The notes: generated from the sequence alone by a model not told the origin. A stretch of 63,723 nt of DNA, filler included, from Choristocarpus tenellus KU-1152 (GCA_964200185.2; 16 parts of 16 records of this genome joined end to end with filler, not necessarily neighbours in it), one strand, 5' to 3'. Positions 25,301 to 37,520 are shown, counted from the first letter of the whole stretch. A program made the numbers and translations.

Positions 25301-26169
25301 TTAGGGTTAGGGTTAGGGTTTTGATATTGAAAGTTACTAACGCTAAGTTTTCCTGTATCAGTCAATATTGGGAATAGTATGTTACCATTTTTAACATCTA
25401 GGAACAGTATGTTGGTTCATGGTGACAAAGGGCTACCATCTTTTTTAAACAGAAGAATGCCCTTTTGTAAGGTAGGTACACAGTATGCAAGTTTTCCTTT
25501 ATTACCCTTTCTGACTCTCTCTCCGCTATCCTATTTTTCTTTTTTATGAGCCTTCTTGGCTATTGTAGTCCTGCTATTAGTTCTGCTTCAGGGGCTGAAT
25601 AATCTCATTCTGACTCTCTACAAGTTGCCTATCCCCATATGTATTGTGTTCATATGTCACTCCTCTAACCCTAACCCTAACCCTTTCTTGTCTTATCTAC
25701 CATTGGGAATTCTTCTGACCTCTAACGAATGATGGTTTTATAGTGATCCCTCCATCTCTGCTGGTGTGCTCCTTTTTTATTCATTTCATTTGTTTGCTCC
25801 CCCCCCCCCCCCCCAGATACTTTGGTTTTTTAAAAAAAATTTTTTGTGTTGTTTTGTTGTTTTTTTAAAAATTTAATTTNNNNNNNNNNCTTCGCCCTGC
25901 AGTGCTTTTTTTATGGCCCCCCCCCCCTCTCCCGCTGTCCTCCTTTTTTTTTTTTTTTTTTTTTTTTTTCCCCCCCCCCCCCCCCCCCTCCCTAACCCTA
26001 ACCCCCCACTTTTTTGTCGTGTGTGCCCTAACCCTTGCTTCTGTTGTCCTTGGGTCATGTTCTGTCAACATGCCAACATAATGAACATGTCACTAAAAGT
26101 CTGTATGGTCCAAAGACACCATTTTCCAACAAGTGTGGGGGTACATTCAATAAGTTCAGTCTTGCAGAG
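19313..26169 (+). CDS. Sulfotransferase-domain (WSCD-like, P-loop fold) protein, five internal exons, partial at both ends
   Basis: Phase-compatible GT-AG exons 19313-19442, 20637-20783, 22075-22233, 24786-24851 and 26100-26169 join into one open frame: GGTFKEKY...PCRDVKAPNATSPIMFKSHTPF...LLIVRNPLDNYDAWFRYSG...WAGHLMHW...FRYEDLLHNPAEVLRRALQSLPGNWQWSEESIARAVSLYGPK. KSH, VRNPLD and RYEDL are sulfotransferase motifs. Confidence 0.88.
20424..20631 (+). repeat. Compound TG/TATG microsatellite
   Basis: GTATGTATGTGTGTATTAT-type low-complexity array ending immediately before a splice acceptor. Confidence 0.92.
22614..22927 (+). repeat. TATC-based tandem repeat (~13-bp unit TATCTATCTGATG)
   Basis: Direct inspection of the sequence. 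Confidence 0.92.
23327..23695 (+). repeat. 39-bp AT-rich tandem repeat, about 9.5 copies
   Basis: Unit ATCAACATGTTAACTATTTTAGTAATTTTATTAATGTCA; explains the repetitive ORFs at 23273-23763. Confidence 0.95.
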
Positions 26170-26371
26170 GTACGGTATTTATGTATGGGTTTCATGGGTT
26201 TCATGCGCTCTTGTTCTTGTGCTTGTTTGTGACTTTTTTTTTTGGGGGGGNNNNNNNNNNNNNNNNNNNNNNNNNNNNNNNNNNNNNNNNNNNNTTAATT
26301 AATTAANNNNNNNNNNNNNNNNNNNNNNNNNNNNNNNNNNNNNNNNNNNNTTCCCTTCACGGCGGTTTTCC

Positions 26372-26543
26372 GAGGGGGGGGGGGGGGGGGGGTCTACACC
26401 AGGGTGTCCATTTGGACCAAAATCAGGAAAAGCACATTTACGTTATCCATCCGATGTATGCAACTAAATCACCCAAAAATCGCGTAATAAACAAATTGAC
26501 CCCAAATGAATACTCGCCACCCCCCCCAGATACTTTGGACCTC
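26372..26543 (-). mobile_element. MITE family B, near-complete copy
   Basis: polyG-TCTACACCAGGGTGTCCATTTGG...TTGACCCCAAATGAAT..polyC-AGATACTTTGG; reverse complement of the copy at 41327-41505. Confidence 0.8.
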
Positions 26544-26599
26544 ATGGGAGGGGGGGAAGTCTATTGTACATATGTTGCTCTTATTCTCTCACAACTCAT

Positions 26600-27340
26600 T
26601 ATCATCCACCTAAAATGGGGTGTTAGCTCAGACAGTGACGAGTGTTGACTACTTGAGTATGAGCTAATACCATGCTGTGCTGCTATAAAATACCAGTGGT
26701 ATGTCTTATTTTCTGCTACTATGGAGTATGGGGTGCCTGCTGCCACATGAAACTGCGCAAAATCAAGGATGATTGCTTTGTGAAGATGGCTACTGTAGCT
26801 GGTTTGTGTTGCCAGTATAGGGGTAGCATTAAGGAAAGAGCCCCTGCCAACATAAGCATACTCCAACAGGGTGTTTGCATACTAAACAAAGGTTTATCGC
26901 TTCATACTCTATTTTTGATGGAATCGGTACAAAATATACTTCAAGAATCATTTGTTTTCAGCATGACTTCACACACTGTTGATCCACTTTAATGTAAATA
27001 TTTCAAGTTAACTCTAAAAATATCAGTTGGTGATTATGCACCACCCTACCCACCATATCACAACCATCATCAATCACTCCAAATGTTCAGATACATCCGA
27101 AATTCTACACACTCCAAACTTGTACGACCCAAACTACTCACCAAAAATTACTCTATGATTCGAATTCACATGAGTGTGAGATTTGGGTGTTTTGTGAATG
27201 AAGTGAAAAGTTTCATGCCAGTTTCTCCATGCATATCAAAAAAGCGAATTATAGAGTGTTTGCACCAACACCCAAATCGTTACTGATAGATGTTCCCATG
27301 GCATCACATCCTTTTTGTCACAGGGCTTCCTGTGGGAAAA
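26600..27340 (-). pseudogene. Possible hAT-like transposase remnant
   Basis: AQFHVAAGTPYSIVAENK resembles the hAT F-x-A-x-G-x-P-F/Y-S-I-V-E-N segment. A possible BED-finger trace (PWEHL..WCKH) lies upstream. Heavily decayed. Confidence 0.25.
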
Positions 27341-27469
27341 TATGAAAAACTGGATCGTTCTAACACAGTTCATACTGTCAACAGCAAGCATCACACCGCA
27401 ACTTTGCTTGCTTTTCAGGGGATATTTTAGTAGCACTAGGTAGTAGTGCATACATGAATGTACATATCT

Positions 27470-27732
27470 GAGTCAAAGCAAACGAGAGGTACCCAGAGTT
27501 TCATTTTTTGGACGCTGAAAAAGATGTGCAACATTGTTTTTTTTCTTTACAAATATGTACAGGATATTTCTGAATTTTGTAAAAAAAAAAATCAAACAAT
27601 TGGGAAATCAACCCTCTCAAGTCAATCCTAGAAACTTCATCCATAGAACTATGGGTGAATTGGATTAGATACAAAAGTAGATTCTAAATGCAAAATGACC
27701 AAAACCTGGGCACCTCTTGTTTACTTTGGTTC
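27470..27732 (+). mobile_element. MITE family C (~260 bp)
   Basis: TIRs GAGTCAAAGCAAACGAGAGGT / ACCTCTTGTTTACTTTGGTTC; reverse-complement homolog at 37536-37797. Confidence 0.75.
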
Positions 27733-29138
27733 AGTTCTAACTTACTTCATACTTCATATCAATAACAGCAAGCATCACATGACAAAGCTTGCGTTCTTTT
27801 CAGAGGCTATTACTAGCACTATGTAGTATAATTTCAACATGCATTCATACAAAAACTACATATCCTACTAAAACATTGTTTCATGCTCCTTGCAAATAAT
27901 AGAGAAATACCTGACCACATGCCATTTTAATCTTTCTACATTAAGCCCAATGTCTGCAATACAAAACAGCCCTTCCATTTTGAATACGGCACCTCCATCC
28001 AATGTCAAATGCCTACGAAGTACTGTGCAGCAAGTATTTGAACAAAACTCCAGACTTAAGATGAAAAAATCCAAGCTAATAACCCCATCATCAAACCTAA
28101 CGCCATTTCAAATAAAAGAAATGACCTTGGTTCTACCACATCACAGGGGTCCACCCCAGCAGCAGGGAGGATACAATTCAAAACACATTAACATTACCAT
28201 TAATCTCCACAAAGTACAACTACAACCCTTGGGGGGGGGGGGGCGGCAGACGTACAAATAACAAAATAAAATGCTTGGAAGTGTGCAAGTATGCATCATT
28301 TCTTGCACTATCTACCACACCTCCAGTGAAAATGTAGAAGATATTATGGTCCCTACTAAATGACTTTGACCAGCACCTAGGGGTGTTGAACACACCCAGA
28401 TAATGCGACAACAGGTTGTGCCTCTCTGCTGGGCTAGAAGGAATACAAAGGCACTCATTACTACAAAAGCATCATATGGCATACATACACACATAATGCA
28501 TATGCTTATACTTACATATATGTATGCTTTTGGTACTAGCTCTTGATACCCCAAAGCAGTCTTCACTGCCTGTATATCAGGAGCACAGATGTCCACCCAA
28601 CACCCACCACCTCCAACATCAACTGAAATTCTAAACCTTGGCCACCACCATGCTCACAACAGGGGAGGGGGTGGGGGGAGAGCTGCACTGTGAAATTTGG
28701 AACCACATGCCCCCATGATCTTTATGTAAAAAGAGTGGCACATATGGTACAGGCATACCACATATCAGGCTCACCTGTACAAATTCTCTAATGTACCTCT
28801 AGCACTCACGTATCCACTTCAGTACTGTAGAGCGGCATCTGGCTACACATGGCATGCCTAAAAGTTGGTACTGTCTTTATTGTTTCAAAGTGAGAGATTG
28901 GTTTTCCATACATGGATCAAACTCCAAACGATTACCCTTTACACCCCCAAAAAAACACATCCATCATGTCATGATGACTGTTGTTGTCATTTCAAGAGAG
29001 GGGGTACTTTGGCAGGGCAAACTCTGTATACCCTTACACAGCATAAAAACGGCTACCTTATTCCTAACCTGAACCATCAACAAAGTAGAAGCTCACAACA
29101 CACACTATTACAATGATACAAGTTGTTGCTTCACCAAT

Positions 29139-29180
29139 CACATCACATCACATCACATCACATCACATCACATCACATCA
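29139..29180 (+). repeat. (CACAT)n microsatellite
   Basis: About 8 units. Confidence 0.9.
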
Positions 29181-29850
29181 AATGAAAAATGCAAAGTAAT
29201 AAAGTAAATCACTGCACACACCAGGTCAGGTCAACACTCACTAACACCTTTCATCCTCAGACAGTAACTAGTCCATCCCCCCACATTGCCCACGTCATGA
29301 TTGCCATGAACCATAACTCAATCAGGAGGAAGGGAATGGGGGCATCACAACCCACTTCATTTACTAAATACCTACTTCACAGGCATTGATTGGCTAAAAA
29401 AATAAACTATAGTAACAAAGCTTTTTCTCCATGTCACATCAAGTATTGCATGTCCCCAAACTCTCATAAAAACCCCGTATTGGCATACACTTTCATGGAC
29501 AAACACACAAAAAAAATGTCATCCCCAATGCCATTCATGATCTATCACAATGTTCCACTCAGTGTTAAATGTATTCCAGTTCAATATTACTGCCCTCTAC
29601 AACAAGGTCATTGTCCCCCGCCCCCCTTCCCCCCAGGANNNNNNNNNNNNNNNNNNNNNNNNNNNNNNNNNNNNNNNNNNNNTTAATTAATTAANNNNNN
29701 NNNNNNNNNNNNNNNNNNNNNNNNNNNNNNNNNNNNNNAAACTCGGTCCCACCCTCTGAGGTGAAGGAGTTTCATTCCGGTGATTGTGACTGCCCCCTTG
29801 AGCAGAGAACTTGGCACCTTTGACACTTTCACATAATGCCTTTCACACTT

Positions 29851-30145
29851 ACGACAACTGTTACTTTTTTAGGAGTTTTTAAATATGTGAATAGTTTTCA
29901 TTGTTTTTTCTCATCACACATCTCCAAAATGTCAGAGGGCATAATAATTAATTCATAAGAATAGTAAACACTATCAAAATAATCATAGAACAAAATAGAA
30001 ATAATGGTAGGAGGTCCATCGAAAATTAAGACAGGGATATATTTTTATTATTATGCCCTCTAACATTTTGTAGATGTCTCCACGGAAAAAACAATGAAAT
30101 TTTTTCACGTATCAGAATAAACCCTAAAAGAGTAACAGTTGTCGT
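29851..30145. mobile_element. Foldback/MITE internal region with ~100-bp inverted arms (family D)
   Basis: ACGACAACTGTTACT...CAAAATGTCAGAGGGCATAATAA pairs with TTATTATGCCCTCTAACATTTTG...AGTAACAGTTGTCGT. The same arm recurs at ~31700-31785. Confidence 0.75.
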
Positions 30146-31279
30146 ATTCTAAACATACAAGATGTCAGGACAGGTCCCCTTTTTAGGATATCCTATCCCG
30201 ATATTGATGAGGATAGTGTGTGCAGTAATACACACTTGCACTATGTGTAAAAAGTAGTTTCCTCCCATTAATCACATTTTTTCTTCTGAAACTCATGAGC
30301 ATCAACCTGGTTGGGAACCCCGTGCTCACCTTCTTGTGAGTCCGATGAAATAACACTTTGTTACGTATCACAATTTGTTACGTATCATTATGTTCACTAT
30401 ATCAATCCGAGAAGTGACTCTCTCTTGTCTGCTTGATCTTAGTTGAGAGAAACCGCCAAAGATCTATAAGAACTAAAATGGACTTCCTTGACACATCTTT
30501 TGGTGTTTTTATTCTATTTTTTACATACTTTGCCAGAATATGAAACTGTACAAAAGGAGTTTCATTCAGTGAGGTAGAACAATATGAAGGAGTGTAACCT
30601 AACTTGAACGACAGTCTGAATCACAGAAACGAATTCCATCATTGTTTCATGTCCATATTTGGTTAACGACTCCACCTTTCTTCTATTAGGGTGTGTCCTC
30701 ATCATGACTCTCACAGGCAGCTATTTGAATTAATCTGGGATGTATTAATTCATTCAATGCAATAATTTTTTATAAACTGTACTGCGTCTCGCATTACTTC
30801 TGTGTACTATTGATAGTATGTTATATAAACGACGATATGAGCGATAAGAATATGGTGCTTTGGAAGAAGGATCGATATTCTCTTCTATGACCCTGGATTG
30901 CAATAAACTTACGAGGCATGGGTACATGGACTTTGTTTCAATATGTTCATTACCTCTTCTTCTCTTCTCTTATGTGTTATTCCTCTACTTGCTATCTTTC
31001 AATGGGATTCCTTCAACAGAAAGAACTGAACTGATGGCAGAACCTTCCCTATCTCACTTGCCCTGATCACAGAGATATAGTAGGAGCTGTATATGCACAG
31101 AACTACTTTACCGTCAAAATTGAAGTGGCTACCACCGTCACTAGCAACGTTACTGGTGTGTGTACCAGATACGTTCGATATATCATCCACATCCATTCTC
31201 TTCGAGTAGGTTCATTTCTATTATGTTGTAAATATTGGTTAATATAATATATCTCCTCATATGTGAGAGTCGATAAGGT

Positions 31280-31351
31280 GGCTTCGTGGTATAATGGTTA
31301 GCATTCGCCCCTGTCACGGGTGAGATCCGGGTTCAATTCCCGGCGAGGTCG
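31280..31351 (+). tRNA. tRNA-Asp (GTC)
   Basis: 72-nt cloverleaf: acceptor GGCTTCG/CGAGGTC, anticodon arm CGCCC-CTGTCAC-GGGTG, T arm CCGGG-TTCAATT-CCCGG. Confidence 0.93.
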
Positions 31352-31621
31352 ACCGCTTTGTTTATTACTAGGTCTATCTACCCTCTTGGAAAGATCATAT
31401 ATCGTTGAACCTGCACTGCACCCCTACTTCCCCATATAGATAGAGTGGTACTAGTAGCTTTGCCCTATGTGGTAATCTTGTTGTTTTCACCGTATCGCCA
31501 CAAGAGTTATACAACTATATTAGCTCCTCCCCCTGGAGCGAAGGAGTAGGTAGATTGGAAGCACAGGGAAGCAGTAGTACAATATTGATAGCGGTGAAGT
31601 AACAAATAGATGTGTCTTATA

Positions 31622-31865
31622 GGGTCAAAGTATCTGGGGGGGGGGTGCCGGCGTCCGTTTTTGACCCTAGTGTTTGCCACATTTATGATATTTTATTTCT
31701 TTAGGGCTTATACTGACATATGTATAGTTTCCATTTGTTTCCCCCCTGACACATCTGCAAAATGTCAGAGGGCATAATAAAAATAATATGTATCAAATAT
31801 AGTGTTTGCGCAAAATGAAATTCACTATCGGAATTTTTATGTATCCCTCCGATTTCTGTCCGTAG
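31622..31865 (+). mobile_element. MITE with family-B-type terminus and family-D arm
   Basis: GGGTCAAAGTATCTGGGGGGGG..GTCCGTTTTTGACC followed by the CAAAATGTCAGAGGGCATAATAA arm. Confidence 0.65.
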
Positions 31866-32011
31866 TGTTTTTCATTACCAAATGTGATGAAATTTCCCAT
31901 TTCTAGTGAAAAGTGATTGTGAAAATCAATACAGTAGGCGCCCCGATTTTGTTCACCCACGGGCATGCCCGAAAAAAACAGAACAAAATGATGTGGTACA
32001 AAATCGTATTT

Positions 32012-32234
32012 TGGGAAATCAATTGTTGAATGGACTAACAATTGTGGCATTCCTGGGAAATCAATCGTGGAATCGACTAATTAATCGTGGTGAGCTGGAA
32101 AATCAATCTTGGAATCAACTAATTAATTGTGATGAACTGGGAAATCAATTGTGGAATCGACTAATTTATCGTGATGAGCTGGGAAATCAATCGTCGAAGC
32201 GAATAATTAATCGTGACGAGCTGGAAAATCAATC
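32012..32234 (+). repeat. 42-bp tandem repeat, about 5.3 copies
   Basis: Unit approximately GGAAATCAATCGTGGAATCGACTAATTAATCGTGATGAGCTG. Confidence 0.92.
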
Positions 32235-32613
32235 ATAAGCTTCATGGATAGGATGGAAACGATTACGAAAGCTTTTTTTTTATGATGNNNNNNNNNNNNN
32301 NNNNNNNNNNNNNNNNNNNNNNNNNNNNNNNTTAATTAATTAANNNNNNNNNNNNNNNNNNNNNNNNNNNNNNNNNNNNNNNNNNNNCCGCACCATTTTC
32401 GGTCAAACCCATCCTCAATAGTACGCTCCATCCTCAATTTTTCAAATCCCCTGTTACATGGAGAAATAATAATTTGACTCATTTTTGGTTCACAAAGGTG
32501 GAAGTACGTAAGTCTGTTCCTTGTTGTCCATAACTTTTGAAGATGATGAAATCCATTTCTGAAAGATTTTGAATCCCTGACGAAATTGGTAGGGTCTGCT
32601 CTTTTTATTATTA

Positions 32614-33760
32614 TTACTCCCCATCCAACACAATTTTATCAGCCACAGAAAAAGCCTCCATGTCTACCTTCGGCATGTTTTCAAGCTCAACATACAACTG
32701 CTTCTTCCTTACCCCTGTGTGCTCCACACAGAGGTCATTCCCCCCTTCGTATCTAAGTACTTGATTGTACACCACAAAAAGGAGCTGCCAAGCCCTCTCG
32801 CATGTGGTTTCATCATACTCATACTGTTTCTTAATGACCTTCACCATGTCCTCGACGGACCCAAACCCCTCCCCCACCATCACCCGGCATCGTGGTTGTT
32901 AGCGAGTGTCCATATCCTTGTTCCTGACACACGGTTTCATAGCGTACACATTTTACCTACTCCAAACCTCTTTTGGAGTAGGTAAAACGTCACAAAAAAC
33001 ACCTAGGAAGCCAAGTTCCAAATGAACAACAGGGCAAAACTCGTACCCTTAAAGATACTTCCACTCACTTCTTCGAGAGATGACAACGTCCGAGCCAATC
33101 ATTCATTTGGGCTACTTTGTGGAATATGCTTGCGTATTGGCTCATGCTCCTGTAAATATTGAAATCTTCATGGTTGATTGCACTAGACGTCTCTGCAAAA
33201 GCGTACAAATCAAATGGCCTCCAATTCATGAATGCATCCTCTACCGAACCCCTAACCCTCTCTGATCGGCATGTCACTGTGATTGGTGTCCATCCACAAA
33301 TGGGGAACTGTGGTCATATTTCCATTACGGTTGCCAACATGGTGGGCAACTTTGGGTGGATGCTTCAACAGACCCCAGGAAACATGTCGAACATACTGGG
33401 CTTTGACACGGGGTCAACTTACACTTGTCCTTCGTGTGAGATGGTGAGTATTGCCTGTGCTTTGGACACAAACAACTAGAGGGCAAGGGAGGAATGTGGC
33501 CGACGTCAGCACCCATGCCACCATCTAGTATCCCCTTTATTCTACCTTGTTTTGGAGATTATTGCAGTCTGCATAAGCCATGTAGACCCCTGTCACCTTC
33601 CATGATTCAAGGGTCATTGCACTGAAATATGACCTTGTTTCTGTTCAAAGCCAAAGATAAACCCTTGCAACTTTGTCCTCTATCTCCCCCACGGTGGCCA
33701 TGGTTATGACTCTGCTGGCATTCATGACAGGTCAAGAATCCTGATGGGCCATCTCTGAAT
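32614..33760 (-). pseudogene. Decayed coding sequence of unknown family, interrupted by a MITE
   Basis: Protein-like frames (VEDAFMNWRPFDLYAFAE...; GSVEDMVKVIKKQYEY...) lie on either side of a family-A MITE fragment, with several in-frame stops upstream. Confidence 0.4.
32886..33066 (+). mobile_element. MITE family A, truncated copy
   Basis: Internal hairpin TTTTACCTACTCCAAA..TTTGGAGTAGGTAAAA and right TIR GTACCCTTAAAGATACTTCCACTC. Confidence 0.85.
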
Positions 33761-33827
33761 CATATCCTGGCTGTCCACAAGTACGTGGAGACCATGGGCA
33801 ACAGGAGGTGTGTGTTGAAACACTAAT

Positions 33828-34192
33828 GACTATCTGCTTGGTAGCTCAGGGGTTTACCAATGTATTAACCAACGCTACTATCATGGGATCGAATCCCGGC
33901 ATGGTTACATGGTTGCACATCCGTCAAAAGCCTAAATACGCCGCCAGGACACACATCCGTCAAAAGGCTAAACGCGCTGCCAGGATACACAACCTAACAT
34001 TAGTAAATACCCTGCCGTAGCTGGTCACTGATTAGAGGGATAGCAACCCTCGAGCGAAACCTCATCAAGTCTAACAGCTTACGATCCCTGGGATTAGCGT
34101 TTGTTGAAGCATTACTAAACCCCTGAGCTACTGAGCAGATAGTCGCCCGACTATCTGCTCGGTAGCTCAGCCTGAGTTTACTAGTGTTTCAA
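33828..34192. repeat. Three tRNA-like (SINE-head-like) units arranged as inverted repeats
   Basis: GACTATCTGCTYRGTAGCTCAG at 33828(+), 34144(-) and 34149(+). The first copy has A-box-like TAGCTCAGGGG and B-box-like GGATCGAATCC. A 36-bp duplication lies between copies 1 and 2. Confidence 0.6.
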
Positions 34193-35379
34193 TAGTGTGC
34201 TCTGCATGTACTGTGTACATGTCAATGACCTATACTCCTGGTTGCAACTGTTTACCCCTGTGGCACTGTGTAGAGTATGTATAGTACAAGACAAAGGGGA
34301 TGATCGGGGTCAAGGTATGGCCTGTTTCAGTGTAACCATAGCCCTACTGAGTATCTTCATGTAGATTGCAAACCACACCCCAATCTCCACCCCTAAAGAA
34401 AGTGAGAGTTTGTTTGTATTTGTGTTTGTTTGGTGTGTTTGTGTGTGTGAGAAAGAGAGAGAGAGAGATAGAAAGACAGACCAGAAGGAGATTTCGTGCG
34501 TACACTCAAGTACTATAGAATGGTAAGGACACAAAGTCCGGTGAATTGCTCCGGAGCAAAGAGTACATCAATGAACCTCTAAGGAGCTAGAACTGTACCA
34601 ATTTGTTGTTGTTGTTGCTGCTGTTGTTGCTGTTACCACTTTCAAGAGGAAAGATTACTGCCCAGTGTGGGTAGTCTCATGGCTTTGAATTTAGGATTTG
34701 TCTTGCTCGCTGCCAAATACTGCCCAACTGGAAAAATTCCTGGTCATCTGCAGGTTGCTGCTGAGGCCAGTAAGTCATCGGACAGCAGTGTGGAGTTATG
34801 ATCTAGGACACAGTTCCTTCCACATTTCCTCCTCCTCTCATCTGCCCAATCGCCACTTCTGCTGCTCTCACGAAATTTATCTCAGCAGATTTGCGTCCTG
34901 GCAGTATACCCCTCCTCTTCCCAGATATAGCTTCCCCAACAGTTTGCTTTAGTTCTCACTCTGAATCTGACTCGCATCTCGCCGCTTCGATGCCTGTCTC
35001 TGACATCTTCTTGTCCCTCACTTCACTGTCTGCTCCGAATTGAAATGGGTTTCTGTACTCAGTTGTGGCAAGGATCAGGCGATTCCAAGAGTTAAAAAGG
35101 ATGTCCCCATGAGCCCTCAAGACCCTTCTCGATGAGGTGCGTCCTTCAGACTTCTTCAAGTATCTTGCTCAACGCTATAGGAGGACCTTGCTCTTAGTTG
35201 CACATTATTCCAAGTAGCTCGCTGCTGTGTGACTGGCGCACCTGACTGACATCTGCCGGNNNNNNNNNNNNNNNNNNNNNNNNNNNNNNNNNNNNNNNNN
35301 NNNTTAATTAATTAANNNNNNNNNNNNNNNNNNNNNNNNNNNNNNNNNNNNNNNNNNNNAAATACAACAAAATTCCTTC

Positions 35380-35437
35380 CACGAAAAATTGACCACACAT
35401 GGGCAGCCACCCCCCCCCCCCCCAGATACTTTGAGTC
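35380..35437 (-). mobile_element. MITE family B terminus
   Basis: AAATTGACC..ATGGGCAGCCA-polyC-AGATACTTTGAGTC. Confidence 0.75.
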
Positions 35438-36249
35438 AAACACATCACACTCCTTATCGACAGATTTGACAAGCAAAAGTGTCTCTCAATACTTGGGCAT
35501 ACCCTGTTTAAGTTTCAAATGTTGAATTGACTTTCATGTGCAATTGCAAATCGAGATGTTCTATCGTTTCCTTCCGTCGTTGATGTTGGGAATCTCATGT
35601 AGATACCTCTCAACTATAAAAGTACAAATCACCTTTATGATGTTTCATAATACATATTGATATTATAGAACACAAAATATTATTTCAAAACAAAAACGTT
35701 AACTCTTAACACAAAGCATTATGTTTAATAGAGAAGTTATGTCACAGCAAGAAAGTTGTGTCATTACACAAACTAATACACTACCTCGTTCATTTATTAA
35801 CACAAAGTGTTACAGTGTAACACAATGTTGTAGCATTACAGCTTATAATATGACACAGCGTGTGTTACGTTAGAGGTGCAATACTATGTTATGCCAATAC
35901 ACGACAAAAATATACAGAACACTATGTAGTGCCCATAATACTCTATAGCAAATCATACGGAACATATTTTTTGTGCGTAACAGTTTGCGTGTCAACATGG
36001 TATTATAAAAGTTAGATGTTGAAGGTGTGAAGAGCCCCAAACAGACAAGAGTATATTGCAATTGGCTCTACAGTATCGGAATATACCTGTTTGGTGACTA
36101 ACGAGGTCCCAAGTACAACTCATCGTGTCCATAACTAACTGTCAAGGAATATACCCCAAATCTTCGTATTATGGTACTCATAACGCGTGTGAGGCTCATG
36201 CAACCTATCCTTCGCACCCGACACATTGCTCAGTCGGTGTATGTAGCAT

Positions 36250-37520
36250 TTCTGTCCTTAAAATCATGGAGGGGGCAGACTCAGCTGAGTCAGCTGAGAT
36301 ATTTGATAGGGGACGGGCCAACGAGTCCCCTCATCTAGAAGTACCCAAGCAAGCCCATGCACAGGCATCTACAAGTTCGAGGGGCCTATACCTATCCTCC
36401 ATGAGGCACCACCACCAACGTGCAGCTTTTGTGTGCTCTTTGGTGGTCAATCTCCCCACCCTTCTGGGCAGAGAGCAAGGTACACATAGAGAGACCTTAC
36501 ACGGGCTACTTGTATGAATCCCGCAGCCCAGGTGCTGAGGTTGTCAATCCATTCTATCGTCTCACCAACAATCCCGTTGGAGGATCTGGTAGAGATTATT
36601 GGTCAAGGCTGGACTGACTGGGATGACGAAACCACTCCTTCTCCAGTTCCATAGGTTCACATCCTAACAGCCCATGATGCCAGGAGTAACAAGGAGATTG
36701 CAGCATGAGGTCATATGCCTGTTGACCAGGATTAACTTGGACTCCTTCACGATGCAACTGACCAACCTCCCTGCAGCCTCAGAGGAAATAGGAGGGAAAC
36801 TTCTTCGCTGACTTTAGCCTTCCACAGGAGCCCGTATGGGCGAGGTGCTAATGCATTCCAGCACACAGCACCAAGAGTCAACCCGCCAGATTCTTTCTGT
36901 GGAGCTCAGCCTCACTGCCGGCATATATTCTTAGGGAGAGAAGAAGAAATGGTCCTGGTGGACGGGCGTGGAAGGCAACATGTGGACACAAAATATGCAC
37001 GTACACCTGCTCTAGGGTGGGAGGACAAAGTTCGTCAGCACACACCAATGGACAAACGGTTAGGCCAAATCTCCAAGGGAACGAGTAACCCTTGCACACT
37101 GGACGATGGCGGCAGCCCCCTCATTATGGATAGGAACTTCTGCATGGATGTGGTCTTCCATTCTGGGGGATTATCGGTGGATGGCTCAATCTCCTATTGT
37201 GACAAAGCCCTACTTCTAGATGTTGTTTTTGCGGAGGTTCAGGCAGCTTGCCACCTCACTAACTCATTCACCAGTTAATGTGTCACTGCTGTGGCAGGCA
37301 AGGTGTGAAAATGCACCAGCTGCAATGGAATTTTAGATTCTCATCATTGTTTTAATACAACACTTTTGCAATGGAAAGTTTTGGGCATCTCAGTAAGCAA
37401 ATAGAGAGTTCCTTGATGAGTTGGCCATCCATGTGGTAGGGGGGTGAGAGGCTGGGGATTACATAGAATATGTAGGCAAGGGGTTGTCAAGACTCAACTC
37501 CTATCTCACAATAACTACAG
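36250..37520 (+). mobile_element. Degenerate non-LTR retrotransposon (CRE-like, restriction-like endonuclease C-terminus)
   Basis: Fragments AQASTSSRGLYLSS, MDVVFHSGGL..DKALLLDVVFAEVQAACHL, FAMESFGHLS and FLDELAIHVVG recall the C-terminal half of CRE-clade ORFs. Many frameshifts. Confidence 0.65.

Larger units (their letters stand above)
18360..26035. repeat. Dispersed short interstitial telomere-type (TTAGGG/CCCTAA)2-4 arrays
   Basis: Dozens of short arrays in both orientations throughout this contig, e.g. 19488, 19862, 20303, 20797, 22983, 24865, 25301. Confidence 0.92.

Noticed and set aside
18360-26035. True chromosome telomere
   Set aside because: The arrays are short, internal and in both orientations.
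32886-33070. MITE acting as an intron (the junction creates GTGAGT on the minus strand)
   Set aside because: There is no suitable AG acceptor at the other junction and the host ORF is already decayed.
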